A stretch of 64,000 nucleotides of DNA. Origin: Balamuthia mandrillaris. Its lineage: Eukaryota. Within the stretch, counting starts at the first letter, position 1, and each line of letters begins with the position of its first letter. Made by a program: the position numbers and the translations under genes. The notes under the pieces were generated by a model, which did not search any database, had not been told where the DNA came from, and saw only the letters and a list, made by a program, of their open reading frames with translations. Positions 12,342 to 26,026 of this stretch are shown here, piece by piece. The DNA is taken from assembly GCA_031835245.2 (NCBI GenBank), contig JAVKOQ020000051.1:1-64000 (forward strand). Direction: 5' to 3'.

Positions 12342-15300
12342 GAAAAAGAAGAGAGATCGAGAGAGAGAGAGAGAGAGAGAGAGAGCAGAGAAATGGAGTT
12401 GTGTGCAAACCAGTCAAAGCCTTCACTCTTTCTTCTGTGACAATAGTTGAACACTTCCATGAGGGAACTGAACAGAGATTCCACTTGCTTGCTCTCTCCC
12501 TCCATGCTGCAATAAAGCCTTGCCTTGGAGATGGACGCTTGCCAAGCCAACACCTCTGCCAGTTTCTCTTGCCACACTTTGACCTCTTCTTTCCCGCCAT
12601 TCTCCTGTTGTTTGGCACATTCTGCCATCAGCAACCAAGCACCAACAAGCAAGCAAGCAAACGAACCAACACAACAACCATGGGAAGAGAAGAGGAGAAC
12701 CTACCTCACTCTCCAGTTTGTACAGTTGGGTCAGCGCATAATAACAGTTCTTGGCATGGCCCAGAAGGTCTTCACTCCATCCATCCCCATCATCCGTGCT
12801 GTGATGATGGGATGCTTCTCTTTCTTTCTCCGCAGCGGCCACCAACACCTCTGTCTCTTTCCTCACCATCCACTCCGTTTGCCTCCAGGCATCCGTCAGG
12901 AGGGCCATGGCGTGCAACTGGAACTTGCGCAAGAGCTTCTGGCGAGCCCGCGTGTCTCCAAAACACCTCTCCACCTCCTGCTCCTGCCCAACTGGTTTGC
13001 ACATCTCGCACATGTGCTGGCTCACCTTTTCCAACAGCTGAATGCACAGTCTGCTGTGGGCAGCATTCGCGGAGGGCTCTTCCAGTGAACTTGGGGCCGT
13101 GGTTTGAAGGCACCGCAAAAGGTCTTCCATGGTTTGCAGGGCGGCCTGAGTGTCTGATGCAGTTTGGAGCACCCATTCTTCTGTTGTTTTCAAGGCTTGA
13201 ATGCTCCTGATGTTCACTGTCAGTTCACTACACAACGCAAGCAAAACGCAAACAAACAAACAAACAAACAAGCAAGCAAACAACAAGCAAATGGATCAAG
13301 GAAGGAAAACAGTACAGGAGGTCATCCAAGAAGGGCACGCATGGAGGCAAGTAATACGCGTGAGCCAGCCACTTCTTTATCTCCTCCAGGAAAGCGTTGA
13401 CTCGCGCCAAATGACTCTTGTCCCACAAAACATGCCAACGAGAAAACGCTCGCTTCTCTTCTGAGGAGGAGGAGGAGGAGGAGGAGAGAATGCGTTTGAT
13501 CTCCGGCACTCTGTGCATGAGGTACAAACACCCCTCCACTTTGGCCTGTTCCACAGAGGGCACAAAGGAAGGTGGGTCACCCGACCAGAATGAGCTTCTG
13601 CACTTGTTGCCAGTGTCGAAGATGCTGATTGTGTCTATTTATGGTGCAAGAAACAATTAACGATAACAGATCGAAAATACTAACAAAAAAAACAAAAAAA
13701 ACAAAAAACAAAAAAAAAAACAAAGAGGAAGAACAAGTACAGCGGCCGAAGTTGTCGTTGGACGTCAGTGTGAACAAATAGGTATCGGTGATAATGGCAA
13801 AGGTGTAAGGGTCAATTTCAGTGCTCATGCCAGCGATGCCACGGCGTGCATCCAACGTGAAGTCCGTCATGGTGAAGGTGTGAAATCCTCGATGAAAACA
13901 CAGCTCTCCGTCAGAGTTGAATGTTATGACTCGGAGGGAGTCAGCGTGGAAGGCCAGACAATCCTTTTGGATTCTTAGTTTTCTGCTTTGCCCGGTGTTC
14001 ATTTTGAACCAATGCTGTGAAAAAGTAGTTCAGTCACAAAATGAGAGGAGAAAGGGGAGAAAAGAAAGCTGAGTAATGAAAGAAGCAGAAGGGGAACAAG
14101 AGGTGAAGGACGAGGAGGAAAGAGATGGAGACAGGAGGACATAAATAGAAAGTTAACACAAAGAAAACAGTACAATATGATGTCCAACAGAGAGATAAGC
14201 GCATCCAGCACGAGTGAAGATATTGAAAGACCCTCTGGTCCATTTAGGCTTTGTGTCAAACTCCATTGGGAGACCAATGTCATGCAACGGAAAGAAGATT
14301 CTGTGCATGTTTAACTTCACTTCTCTGCCTGATTTCTACATGGAGAGAGAGAGAGAGAGAGAGAGAAAAGGGAAGAAGAAGAAGAAGGCAATAACAAAAC
14401 AGTGAGTCTCAACCAAAGGGAAAAAACAAAAATGGGTGTCATCATACCTGCACCGCACAAATGATGTACCCTTTGACATTCACCACCTCCGAGGCTCCCT
14501 CCTCCGGGTCGCAAACACAGAGGTGTCGCTTCTTGTCTTGCTGATCCGCCACAAGCCCAACCAGAGAGCTCACTCTCAAGCTCTCTCTTCTCACACGGAA
14601 CACAGCTGGTTCCATGTCCCAAATGCCTCGGAGGCAAGGAATGCGAGAGACTGAATAATCAGAGCAACTTGGGTTGTGGTGTTCCCAATCCGCTCTTTGG
14701 AAGAGAATCACAAACTCTCCATTCAGCAGAGAAGCAGCAATGAGACGAGAGTCCCACCACACACGCCCCACGGAGAGCTCACCGCCTGAACCCTCTGTTT
14801 CGATGGTTTCGGTAGAGCGGTAACCATTCTTCAAGTCGCACTGTTGGATGATGCACGTGTCTATCCTGCGACGTTTAGCGCGGGTGGGGTCCACTTCAAA
14901 GGAATAAAGAGTAATACATCCAGGCTCGTGCTCTATCATTGAAGTGAAGAACCAAGAGAGCAGAGAGCAGCAGAGGAGCAGAGAGCAGAGAGCAGCAGAG
15001 ACACATAGAAGCAGGGAACATATGAGCAAACAAGAAAACACCAAGAAGAGAGAGATGTAAGTCACATTTGTTTTTTAAAAAAAAGTCACCTGGGCAGAGG
15101 AATGGCTACGAACCAGTAACAACCTCATTTCCCCGGATCTTGATGATCCGTCCCTTCAAAGTCGTTGTTGCCACTAAAGAACCATCGTATGCACTTAGCA
15201 CGTGCAGTTTGTTCGGTAGGCTCGCTAGCCCTGGTCCCCCTACTATCACCAGTTCTCGTTCTTTAAAAATGGAAAAACACATATAGGGAATATAGAGAAG

Positions 15301-16327
15301 AGTCAGCAAAGAGAGTGAAAAGGAAGATGACATGTAATAGGACAAGTGAATGAAGAAGTAACCATGGTCATATTCGAGAGCCGCAATCGCAGAGAAGCCA
15401 AGGTACTCGGGCACGAAATGACGGACACCATAGCCACCTTTTGTCCAAGCTCCTGTTCTATGATACCTGTCCACGAACACTGCTTTTGTGACTTTGTATT
15501 TCATTTTCAAAGGCAAGCCAGGTCAGATCGGTAACAACGAGAAAACGAGAAGAGAAGAAGAGTTCAGGAGAAGAAATAACAAGAGAAGAGAAGAGAAAGA
15601 GAGAGGGAAATGCAGAGGGACGAAGAGAGAAAGCAAGAGAAGTGAAGAGAAAAGAGACGAGAAGAAAGGCATTACAGAGCTTGTCAAGGTACTGGTCTTC
15701 GTTCCACAGTTGGCGATAAAGCTTGCGCCAGAGCCTGGGGTCCTCCGTCACCGCACGAGCCTCCTTGCACAACACAGCAAACCGCCCGACCTCTTCCGGG
15801 GCCAACCACTGGAACACGCAGTGCAGCACTTCCAATGGCAGGTCCAACAACTTCACCCTCTCCTCTTCCTCTTCTTCTTCTCTCTTTCCCCCCTCCACCT
15901 CCTCTTTTGCTTTTTCTTTCACCTCTGTTTCTTCTTCTTCTTCTTCTTCTTCTTGTTCTTCTTCTTCTTCTTCTTCTTCTTCTTCTTCTTCTTCTGCTTC
16001 ATACGCTTTGTCTTCTTCCATAACGCGTAGCCTCTTTCTCTCTTGTGGTTGCTCCGCAGGCAAGGGCAGGTAGACGCCCTGACCGCCGCAGTGGTTGCAG
16101 GGCGTGTAGTGCTCCTCCTCTCCTCCCACTCTGACGTTGTTGCAGGCGCTGCAAACCAACAAAGGCTGCTCTCCCTCTCCCCTTTCCTCCTCGACGATGG
16201 CCCCCTCCTCCTGTCGATGCTGCTCGGTGGTGGTAGCCCGGTATGCCGACCCGCACATGCCGCATTCCCACGGGAAATAATTGACGTAGGTGCAAGCCGC
16301 ACAGGTCCACCGTGCTACGGAAGACAT
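8609..16327 (-). CDS. Large multi-exon protein: RanBP2-type zinc finger, second Cys4 motif, acidic tract, F-box, beta-rich region, long helical C-terminus (copy A)
   Basis: WTCAACTYVN..WECGMC; CSAC..CNHC; LLDLPLEVLHCVFQWLAPEEVGRFAVLCKEARAVTEDPRLWRKLY. Exon blocks are conserved with copy B. Not every splice junction was checked, so it could be more than one gene. Confidence 0.75.
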
Positions 16328-16487
16328 GGCTTGCGTGTGGTGGGTATCGCCTTTTGCTCCTCCTCCTCCTCCTCTCTTTCTTTTCCACTACTTTTTTCTT
16401 ACGCGCTTTTAACGTGCCAATCAGAATTGTGCAGTGCCGATTGTTTTTTTTTTTCCTCCTCTCTCTCCTTCTGGGTTCCCTTCTCAG

Positions 16488-16624
16488 CCTCTACCAAGAA
16501 TGATGACCGACGAAGCAGAATCGACAACAGGAAGCTCAACATCCAGGGCAAAGCTTATTTCTCACCAAGTAGCTTTGTGAACTTTTACAAGCACGAAATG
16601 AACAGGCAGAATATTGATTTGTAG
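16488..16624 (+). pseudogene. Possible orphan terminal exon
   Basis: Polypyrimidine tract plus CAG at 16485-16487, then a ~45-codon frame ending in TAG. No upstream exons are visible. Confidence 0.35.
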
Positions 16625-16810
16625 CCTTCTTTGCTACTTATCTCTGTTCAACCGTTTATTAACATAAATGTCTCTATCTATCTCTCTTCACCACTGCTTT
16701 TCCAACGCCAACGCCAACGCTTATCGTTAAAAGGTTTCAAACAAGAACAAGAACTTGTTGGCACAAGAAGAAGAGGAAGAAAATGGTTACTGAAATGTAT
16801 TCGCAAGGCT

Positions 16811-18461
16811 CTATTCAAAGGAGAAAGTTTGGAAGGAAGGAACTTTGGCAGCAAACCCACGAGAGACCTTCAGCTCAGGCCGGCCTCCTCCCAGATGCAT
16901 GACCACATGACAAACGGTCCCCATTTTGCCGCCCAGGTTGGAGTCATAGACAAAGGGTCGAAGAATGGGCAGCTTCCTCTCCTCCTCCTCCTCCTCCTGC
17001 TTCCCATCTCTCAACACCCTCATCACTGTCTCCTCGCTGCAAAACCTCTCTGCTTGCTCTCCTTCTGCCAGTTGGTGAAGAAGCTCTGTCATGCGAGCGT
17101 GCCGCGCCAAGGAAGATTGCAAGCGATCCGCAGACAAGTTCACCTCTTGGTGGGAGAGGTAATGGTTGGTCCTCCAATGCACTGCTTCCATCTTCTCCTC
17201 CTTCCCCTCTTCCTCTGCTGCTGCTGCTTCCTCCCCTTCTCCTGTGTTCTTCTTCTTGTTTTGCTTGGGTGGTTGGAGTGGAATGGGGGAGGGAGGAAGA
17301 GACCAGAGGTGTGGGCCAGCAAACTCCAAATGAAGAGCATGTCCCAGAGCATCGCAAGCAAGGATGGCGCTGCTGGTGCCCCGCATGCTGGCATCCATGC
17401 CCCGCACCACCAACTCCTCCCATTCTGCCACCGTCTCACACTCCAACGCGGCTCGCAACAACATGTGAATGGGCACTCCTTTGCCACTTCTTTCCCCCTC
17501 TCCTTTTTCTTCTCCTCCTCCTTCTGGCGTCGCCTGAACTTGCACTTGCTGTTCTGGAAATGTGGTGGGTTGGTGGCGAAGAAAGTTCAAGGTGACAGCC
17601 AGGCCATGGTTGTTCACTCCAATCTTGCCAATGATGCCCGGTTCTGTCACCATGAGAATCTTTTTCCCTGCTCCTTCCCTCTCTTCCTGCGTGTTTTGTT
17701 AGTTTATGAACGAGTGATCGTGTTACCAGAAAGAAGGAGGTGAGAAGAGATGGAAAGAAAAGAAAAGAAAGGGAGGAGAGAGGGAGGAAGGCACCTTCTC
17801 GAGGAGGACCACAACCACATGCTCTTGCATCTCCTCCATCCAGTCCCAATTCTGAGCCAAGATGGGGTTCTTCCCTTCCCTTGCTTCTCCCTCTTTCATC
17901 GTGTTGGAAGGAAAGCAAATGGTGGAACATTCTCCTCTGCTTTCCATCAGTCAAACGGAAAAGCACTCCTGAAGAAAGAGACAGCAAGAAAGAAAGAAAG
18001 AAAGAAAGAAAGAAACGACAAGAAAGAAAGAAAGAAACGACAAGAAAGAAAGGACAAGACAAGAAAAGGAGGAAGGAAGCCACGAACATGTCCTTGGGGA
18101 AGGTGTTCATGAGTTCAGTCCTGCAGTTCAGGGCGTAGACCCAGCGAAGGTCCACCTCTGCTCCACGGGCAATCCCCTCCATCTCCTGGCAATACTCCCT
18201 TTTGAACCCATGGATGACGCTGTGGAAGGAGGAGGCCTCTGCCAGGAGGCTCTCTTCGCTTCTGCCCTGGAAGACGGTTCGTTTGTAGATCTGGATGGTG
18301 GCCGCGATCTTGTCCTTCAGCAGCCGACCCAGTCGCAAGCCTCTTTCCTCCGCCGTGCCCCCTTTCACATGGTAGAACGGAATGGGCGGCAATTGTGCTT
18401 TCGTTGTCGGGCGAAGCAGCTCAAAGCCGCACTTGCCGCTCTCCCGTCGAAGCATGTTCAT
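16811..18461 (-). CDS. Peptidase C45 family, copy 2 (3 exons, appears intact)
   Basis: Same motifs as copy 1, including GECST and HWRTNHYL in frame. Confidence 0.88.
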
Positions 18462-18893
18462 CTTCGGCGTTACTCCTTCTCTCCCTCAGCTGACATCATC
18501 CGCATCCCTTTGAATTACCATTGGACGAAAACGCTTGAGTTGATCTTGATCAACACAGAGAAATGGCTCGAATAATGCAGCAGTGCAGAAAGAGAGCAAG
18601 AGAGAGACTGTACAGCGGCTGGGCAAGACAAAAGAGAAACCCAACGAAATCCCAATGTATTGAGAAGAAAAAGAGGAGGCAATGGAGGAAGAACACAAAA
18701 ACAAAATGAGCGGATTGCGGAAAGAAGAGGTGAAGTACGGCAGCTTATTGACTGGCAACTGTTGTTGCTTCAGTGGAAAGACTGCGCGTGGAGGAGTTAC
18801 GGATGAAGATGGCGATGTGCTGCTGCGTTGCAAGGCAACGCAACAAAAGTGAACAAACATTTCTTACGTGCTTAAAAAAAACAAGAGGGAACG

Positions 18894-20938
18894 TCATGAA
18901 CTAGAGGATGTCCGGTCCAAAGAAGAACTGCTACGAATAAGACCCAAAGTCTTTCCTTTGTGCTTCGAAGGCCGATGATTATGAATGGCTATCGGTGAAG
19001 ACCTTCGCAATATGCTTTCTGCTTCTTCCTTGTTAATAGCTTCTCTCATCTCCGTCGATGATTCCTTCGTGTAGCTTCTCTTTCGCCGAATGCTATCCCT
19101 AAGTTTGTGCAAAGTTGCGTTCGTTTTGTCATGCTTTTTACTCGTGTTGTTTGTTGTCTCTTCTTCTTGTTGCTCCTTCTTCGGCGCTGTTTGCTCGTTT
19201 TGCATTTCTGGTTTGGTTCTGCTTTCGTTTTTGTTGTTGTTTTGTTTTTCTGGCTTGTTGTTGGCATTCGTATTGTCAAGACCGAAAAAGTCTATCGGGC
19301 TTTCAAACGAGTCTTTGACGTGAAGCACCAACAACTTTTTCTTTCTCTCTTTCATCAACCGCTGTCGTCGTTCCTCCGCTGTTTCTCTCTCTGTTTGTTG
19401 TTGTTCTTCGACTCGTGACGGTTCTATTTCAGCTTTTTCGTTCTTCTTGCTCTCTTCTCCAAGCCACCGTTGCAGCTCTGCTTCAGTGTACCACGTCTCT
19501 TCTTGTTCTCCTTTATCATCTTTTGCTTCGCTTGCTTTTCCGTTAGGATGTCGAAGTTTGATCTGTCGTAAGCGTTCAGCCACTTGTGAGAACTTTGGTC
19601 GTTTGTTGCTGTTGGTCAAAGTGCAATCGCATATCAATTGCCAAAGTTGTTCTGGTGTATCGGCGGGTATCAACTCTTTCGCTTTGTTCTCTGTTTATCA
19701 AAATCGTAAGTTGAGAAGCAAGAAAGCAGGAGGACAGCAGAATGAAGAAAGAACAAATAATGAGGAAATGTACGGAACTATTGAAGTCGAACATTTCAAG
19801 AACGGATCGTTTGGGAGGTTGGCGGTGAATGCACAACTCCAACAATATGAGACCGAAGGAAAAGACATCAGCGGGTTTGCCGTAGTCCTCATCCAGGGCC
19901 ACTTCCGGTGCCATCCATCGGTTGGTACCTACCCCCGTTAAACGCTTTTCCTTGTCCGTTATACCTGCTCTGTGACCGGCAAGTGGAAGGGACATATTAA
20001 CAAAAAGAAGTTAGTCAGAGCAAGAAGTAGAGAAAGCGAAGAGATAATGGAGAAGAGCACAGCAACAAACGAATCAAGAAAAAAAGAAAGAGAGGAAGAG
20101 AGAAAGAACGAGAGAGAGAAGAGAGGATAACAAACCGTGCAAGACCAAGATCACATATCTTAACTTCCAAATTGTTTCCAACCAATAAGTTTGGAGACTT
20201 CAAATCTCTAATGGTATTTTAAAAAAAGCCACACAATACCACCATTAGCTCGTTAACGATATGAACATTATAAGAGCAAGCACAAGAACAACAAACAAAA
20301 GAAAGAAAATACAAACCTGTGAATAACGCCTTGCTGATGCAAGTACGTCATGGCCATGGCGACATCATGAGCCCATCTCAACTTCAGTCTCCAACTTTGG
20401 GATAATAGTTGGCTCGAAATAATGCCCAACCGTCGTTCTTCCTTGCTATCTTCTTCTCGCTCTTCTTCTGTTAGCTCTTCTTTCATGGTTTGCTTTCGTG
20501 TTTGCGATTGTGGTGAGTGCAGAGAGGGAGAAACAGGGCGCGTTCGCTTGAGCACTTCTTTTAGGTTTCCTCCCTCCACGAACTCGGTGATGATGAAGAC
20601 GTTCCCTTCTTGCTTGCACAAGCCGAAGAGTTTGACAATAGCCGGGTGCAATAACAAACTGGAAAGAAAGAGAATAAACGAAAAAAAAAAAGAAAGAGAA
20701 AACAAACAACAAAGAGAGCTAAGTAACTGCACAAAAAAAGGAGAAAGAAAACAAAATCGTACACAAGAGACTCCACTTCTCTTTTGATGTAACGTTGAAT
20801 GAGGTGGCTCTCCGTGTGGTACAGTTTCTTTATGGCAACCTCCAACCCTTTGTAGGTGCCTTTCCACACCTCTCCAAACTCTCCTTTGCCGATGCGCTCC
20901 TCAAAGTGCAGGTCTTCCGCTCGAACCCAAGCCATCAT
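18894..20938 (-). CDS. TKL-group protein kinase with long charged C-terminal tail
   Basis: IGKGEFGEV, VAIKK, HRDLKSPNLL, KICDLGLAR, GTNRWMAPEV, DVFSFGLILLEL. The 3' end is uncertain because exon-like sequence continues at 18486-18830. Confidence 0.92.
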
Positions 20939-21149
20939 GAATCTCTGCTATAGCGAAGGCAACCTACCTCTCAAAGTCTTTCTAACGTTTTTTTTTTTCT
21001 TTATTCTTTTTGGTTTGGGGATATTTGTCGACATACTTAAAATTAAGGATCCCTCTGAGCACAACAGCTGCACTAATTGACATATTTTCGTGCATGATGG
21101 TGTTTGCGATCAGAAATTTCATTCAATGCACCTCATTGTCTGCTCCTTC

Positions 21150-21880
21150 TTCAGGCACAGCAGCTGTGGAGCGCTCCTGGAAAGAAACCTACCGTCAACT
21201 GCACGCCATCCAATGGGACTTGGAGCACCAAACTCTTCCTTTCGAGTCAGAAGCCCTAAAACAAGAGGCACCACAGCAGAACCACTTTCCATCCAAACGT
21301 GGCGGTCTCTACCGCTATGTGAGTTCGTATTCTTCTTTCATATCCTTTCTTTTTACTTTTTCTGTTTCATCATCGTCATCTTTTGTGTTGTGCTTTCTCT
21401 TACCTCGTTCTGCTTGTTTCTATCTGCCTTCTTCCTTTTCCCTTTTGCCTTTACCCCATTCTTCCTCGTTACAACCACAACATAATGGGACGCTGGGTTG
21501 AGTCTGATCGAGTAAAACGCAATGTCAAGTCCGGCTGCCAACAAGGCTACATCATAGGGGTACTCATCAACTTCAACGAGGACGAGCAGGACGACTTTCG
21601 CAGAAGCATCATCTTCTTCAAAAACGGAGAGTGGGCCGAGAGCATCCCTCCGTCTCTCCACAGACTGTGGGCCGCTATTACTCTATTGACCGATGGGGAC
21701 GCTGTGGAGATTCGTCCTTGCCGCCCTTACAGCATCAGCCCCGCGAAGCTAGCCGAAGCCAAACAAGAACTGGATGCCTCTCGATCTGCTGTTCGTGCTT
21801 TACACATAACGAGATCACCTTCCATTTTTTCAATGCCCCAATCAAAAATCAAAAACACAAGATCAGTTATGTCGACATAA
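21150..21880 (+). pseudogene. Partial SPRY/B30.2-like gene fragment
   Basis: SWKETYRQL..WD, then GYIIGVLINF..IIFFKNGEW..LWAAITLLTDGDAVEI (SPRY C-terminal strands). No convincing start or N-terminal half. Confidence 0.45.
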
Positions 21881-22146
21881 AAATTTCCTTTTGAAGTTCG
21901 AAATGTGCAAAAAAGGAGGTCATTCAATGTTGAAAAAACGGAGAAAAACTCACAGAAAGAAGAAGGAAAGTGGTCCAAGTGGGCCAACAAGTCATTCCTT
22001 CCCTCTCCTTTCCCTTTCCCCCTTCCTCTTCCCCTCGCCCTTCCCCCTTCCCCCTTTCCCCTTCCCCTTTCCCACTTTCGTTCATTCGGGATTGGTTTTT
22101 TTTTGTGTGTGTGGGCGACGAGAGGCAACGCAACTAAACAAAACGA

Positions 22147-24596
22147 ATGGAGACGCAGCACGAAGTAATCACTTTGCAGTTTGGGAACTATTCCAACTTT
22201 GTGGGAGCTCAGCTGTGGAACTTGCAGGTCCGCTCCTTTGCTTTTTTTTTTGCAAACACTCTTTGTTTTATTCATTTTTTTTTTGTGTAATAAAGGATGA
22301 AGCCATCGGAGTGGATAAAGAATCGAAACAGAAAAACAATTCCGGAATCGATCATGAAGTCTTGATGCGTTATCACAAGGTTTATCATTTGGTCTTTCTC
22401 TTTCTTATTCATCTTACGGATCCGCGCTTCTCTCTTTGCGCTCTCTTGCGCGCTCTCTCTCTATCTCGTTGTTCTACCTTGCTGCTCTCTCGCGTTATCT
22501 CATCCAGAAAAAAAAAGGAGTCAAAAAGCTATACACCGCGGTTGCTCTTATTCGACTTGAAAGGAGGTCTCGGCTCTCTCTCGAAGACTACTGGCTCTCA
22601 TTCATCCTATCCGTCCTCCACTCAAGCCATTCGAGGCCAACGCCTCCACCAACAACCACAACATGCTTCCCACGAAGAAGAGAGCAGACCATGGTTAGAA
22701 CTTGCTTCTCCTGTTGTTCTTTCTGCTTCTTTCTATTTCTTTCTTCATTCTTCTTCCTTCTATTCTCCTGCTTTTTCTACGTCTTCGCAGTCTTATTCTT
22801 TTGAGTATTGAAAAAGGGAAGGCAAGTTAGAAACCGTCATGATGAATGTCGAAGAAAAGAATGCATTCCTACGAGACATTCATCTATCCTCCACTGCAGC
22901 ATCTTCATCCTCCTCACCCGCTTCCTCTTCCTCATCCTCTGCCAGCAACTACTCCATGGAAAAAGTGGTTCAAGTCTGGTCCGACTTTGTACAAACTGAT
23001 CTCTCTCCTCTATCCATCCACGAGCTCTCCTCCGTAAAGTTCGAGGTGGATCCTTTCAACCTCTGGACTCATGGTGTACAATCCTTTTCTCACAACATCT
23101 ACGAAAAAGAAGACATGTTGGACTCGTTTCGACGTTTGAGCGAAGAGTGTGACGTTATGCAAGGCGTTCAGTGCATGATCGATGTGGATAGTGGATTTGG
23201 GGGCTTCGCGCAGCAGTTTCTTTCGGAAGTGAGAGACGAGCTGGGCACGAGACAGCCTGTGTGGACGTATGGTTTGGCTTCTGCTCATTCTTCCTCTTCT
23301 CAAGTACGTTCTCCTCCTCCTACTCGATCAGTTTTCTCTTTATCGTTTGTTTCTTGGCGTGTGTTTGTATTTGTGTTTCTTGTGTTCACATCAATTATTT
23401 GAAACAAAAGTTAGCAGAAGAAAGAAATGTGTTAAATACAGCTTTGAGCATTCATTCCCTAATTTGTGATCGCTCTCCATTGACAAACGTGTTGATTCCT
23501 ATTCACCCTAGTCCTTATTGGTCCTCTTCTCTTCCTTACGTTGGCATTGATGTTCGTTCCCCCCTCTCTCTCTCTCTCTCTCTTGTTTTCTCTTGTTTCT
23601 TTCCTCTATCTCACAGCACGTACTGTAGCCTTCGTTAAAATATCATACAAGTGCAGTCGTTGCCTCTGCTATCGACACCGCTTCATTACCGTTTAGGTAT
23701 ATTTATTGCTCCCCTCTTACTCTAATGTTTTGTAGCGCTATTGTGCTTCTCTTGTTTTGTGTTGTGGTATTCATTGTTTCTAACTTTTACGTTTATCAGG
23801 TTGAGAGATAGATCAACTTCACTAACAGACCTTATGTGGACTATACGAACAGAGCCTTCCATGAAGTTGAGCTCGATGAGCGTCGCTTTACCTTTTCCAC
23901 TTGCTCAACATATTCCATCCACACCAAAAGCAGACCAACTATTTGGTCCACGAGACATTCTCTCGGCTTCTTATCTTTGCAACCTTTCCTTCGCTGATAC
24001 CATTCGTCATGTAAGTTTTTTCTTTCCTTTATTTTTTCTTTTTTTGCTTATTCCTTCCATTTCTTTCGACATTCAACAGGTGGTATCTGAGGCCGTTGTA
24101 TTGCGCGGCACACGGAACGTTCAACACACTAAACAATTGTTGGATGAGTTTCTGTCTCGCCATTCTTGCATGAACCGCACAAGGTTTTGGCCCTTTCTGC
24201 TTCTAGACTTCTCTCGCTTTTTCTCGTTTCGTTCCTCTCATTCCCTCTTGTCTCGATAGTGAGACAGTGTCTTCCAAAATGGCATTGCCAATCGCTTTTC
24301 CTCGTTTCTTTGACACAATGAGGGTAACGGAAGAAGGAGAGATTCTACATTCCTCTCCTGAAGAGAAAGAAAAAGAGGAAAGCAAAGCAACCAAGCTCCC
24401 TTTCCAAGTGCCTGTGATGTCTCACGTTCAAACGACCACCGACATGAGCCATTACATCGAAACGCTGATAGCTCGCTTCGAAGCTATCGATAAGAGCAAA
24501 CACGTGGCTTATGCGGAGGGAGGCATATCTGCTGATGAATGGCGGGAAGCTCGAGATCAGCTACACACTCTCGGAGACTCCTATTCCACTTCTTGA
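22147..24596 (+). CDS. MSTO1: Misato/DML1 tubulin-FtsZ-like protein
   Basis: HEVITLQFGNYSNFVGAQLWNLQ, YTPRLLLFDLKGGLGSL, VQVWSDF, EECDVMQGVQCMIDVDSGFGGF, YHTSAVVA. Confidence 0.93.
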
Positions 24597-24840
24597 AAAG
24601 TTTGTAAACAAATCGAAAAAATATAAAGGAAAAGTTGTTAATTTGTTTCAACCAACAGAAAATCAGAGATATATGGTTTTGATTTTCCATTGGCTTGTTA
24701 ATATACGCCGCCAAATAATATTCACATACTAAGCAGAACGAGGAGTGCAAATTCGGGCTACTCGTGCCACGCGAAACTCGGTTTTATAAAAGGTTCTCAT
24801 TTTGTTTGTGTGAGTGACATTACACTCTGTACCAACAGCA

Positions 24841-25922
24841 ATGCTTCACGAGGAAGGTCAACATGAAAGGGGTCAGTTCCCTTTGGTGGTGAAGCTTAAT
24901 GTGGGAGGACAGTACTTCATGACCAGCCTGGCTACCTTGCAGCAAGACCCCACCTCCTTTCTTGGTCCATGTTCTCCGGTGCTTGGAAACTGCAGCCTGA
25001 TACAGACGGCGCCTACTTCATCGACAGAGACCCCAAACACTTCCGTCTTATCCTCAACTATCTCCGTACTGGCGAGTTGATCCCTCCGGAGAAAAAAAAC
25101 GCTCTGTTGGAGCTCAGGAAGGAGCTGGAGTTTTATCAGCTTACCGGCTTGCTGGAGCAACCCGACCAAAGTGAGGGTGCGCTGAGCCAACGAGAAACCG
25201 TTGGCAACCAATGGCAACCGAAGCCAAGCCAAACAACGACAAATGAGAATAGTTGGCAACCAGAGCGGAGCATACCGGGAATTTTCGACGAGTGCACTTT
25301 AGCAAACGAGGAGCAGCAACAATTGCTGGCGGAGTGGGTCGGCAGTGGCAACAATAAGTGGAGGCTTGCGTATCGCGCCTCCAGAGATGGCTTTAGCACC
25401 ACTACATTCCACGACCTGTGTGACCATTTGACAGAAACTGTTGTCCTTCTTCGTTCAAAGGGTTACGTCTTCGGTGGTTATACACCGCTGCCCTGGGGGA
25501 CAAAAGGTTCTGGCTGGGATCTTAGAACCTTCATCTTCACCCTTACCAATCCCCACAACATTCCACCCACCAAGTATTCCCACATAACCCCCCGCCACCG
25601 CAATGCTCACAGTATTTGGGGAATGGATGCGTGTGGTCCTGCATTTGGAGGGGCTGGCAGTGATGTATTTGTGAAGCAGAAGAGTTGCAGGTTCGACTTT
25701 CCAACCTCATTTGCTGATTCAACTGGCAAAGGCTCCGTTACATTTATCGGATGCTCCTCGGGCACCGTAGATCAGATAGAAGTCTTCTGTTTAGTGTCCT
25801 CATCCTCAGCTTCTTCCACTTCCACTTCCTCTTCCTCTTCTTTATCCTCATCCTCAGCTTCTTCCTCTTCCTCTTCCTCGTCCTTTTCCACTTTCTCTTC
25901 CTTTAAAAAACGTTTCAAATAA
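24841..25922 (+). CDS. Intronless KCTD-type BTB + TLDc protein, with a 1-bp frameshift at ~24967
   Basis: VVKLNVGGQYFMTSLATL..SFLG / MFSG..YFIDRDPKHFRLILNYLRTG; WRLAYRASRDGFS..FHDLCD..GYVFGGYT..GPAFG. Confidence 0.85.
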
Positions 25923-26026
25923 AAGTTTGTGAATATTTTTGAAGTAATTGCAGCGGAAGACGCTTCAACAAATGGACGAGCGAACATGTACATGTTCGCT
26001 TCCGCGTTCAGAATTCCAGAGGTCGA

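Larger units (their letters stand above)
6291..16335. repeat. Inverted repeat, left arm, inner diverged stratum (partner ~27580-37426)
   Basis: Same genes and exon order on the opposite strand, with many substitutions and different intron lengths (e.g. 10766..11875- vs 32024..33097+). Confidence 0.95.
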
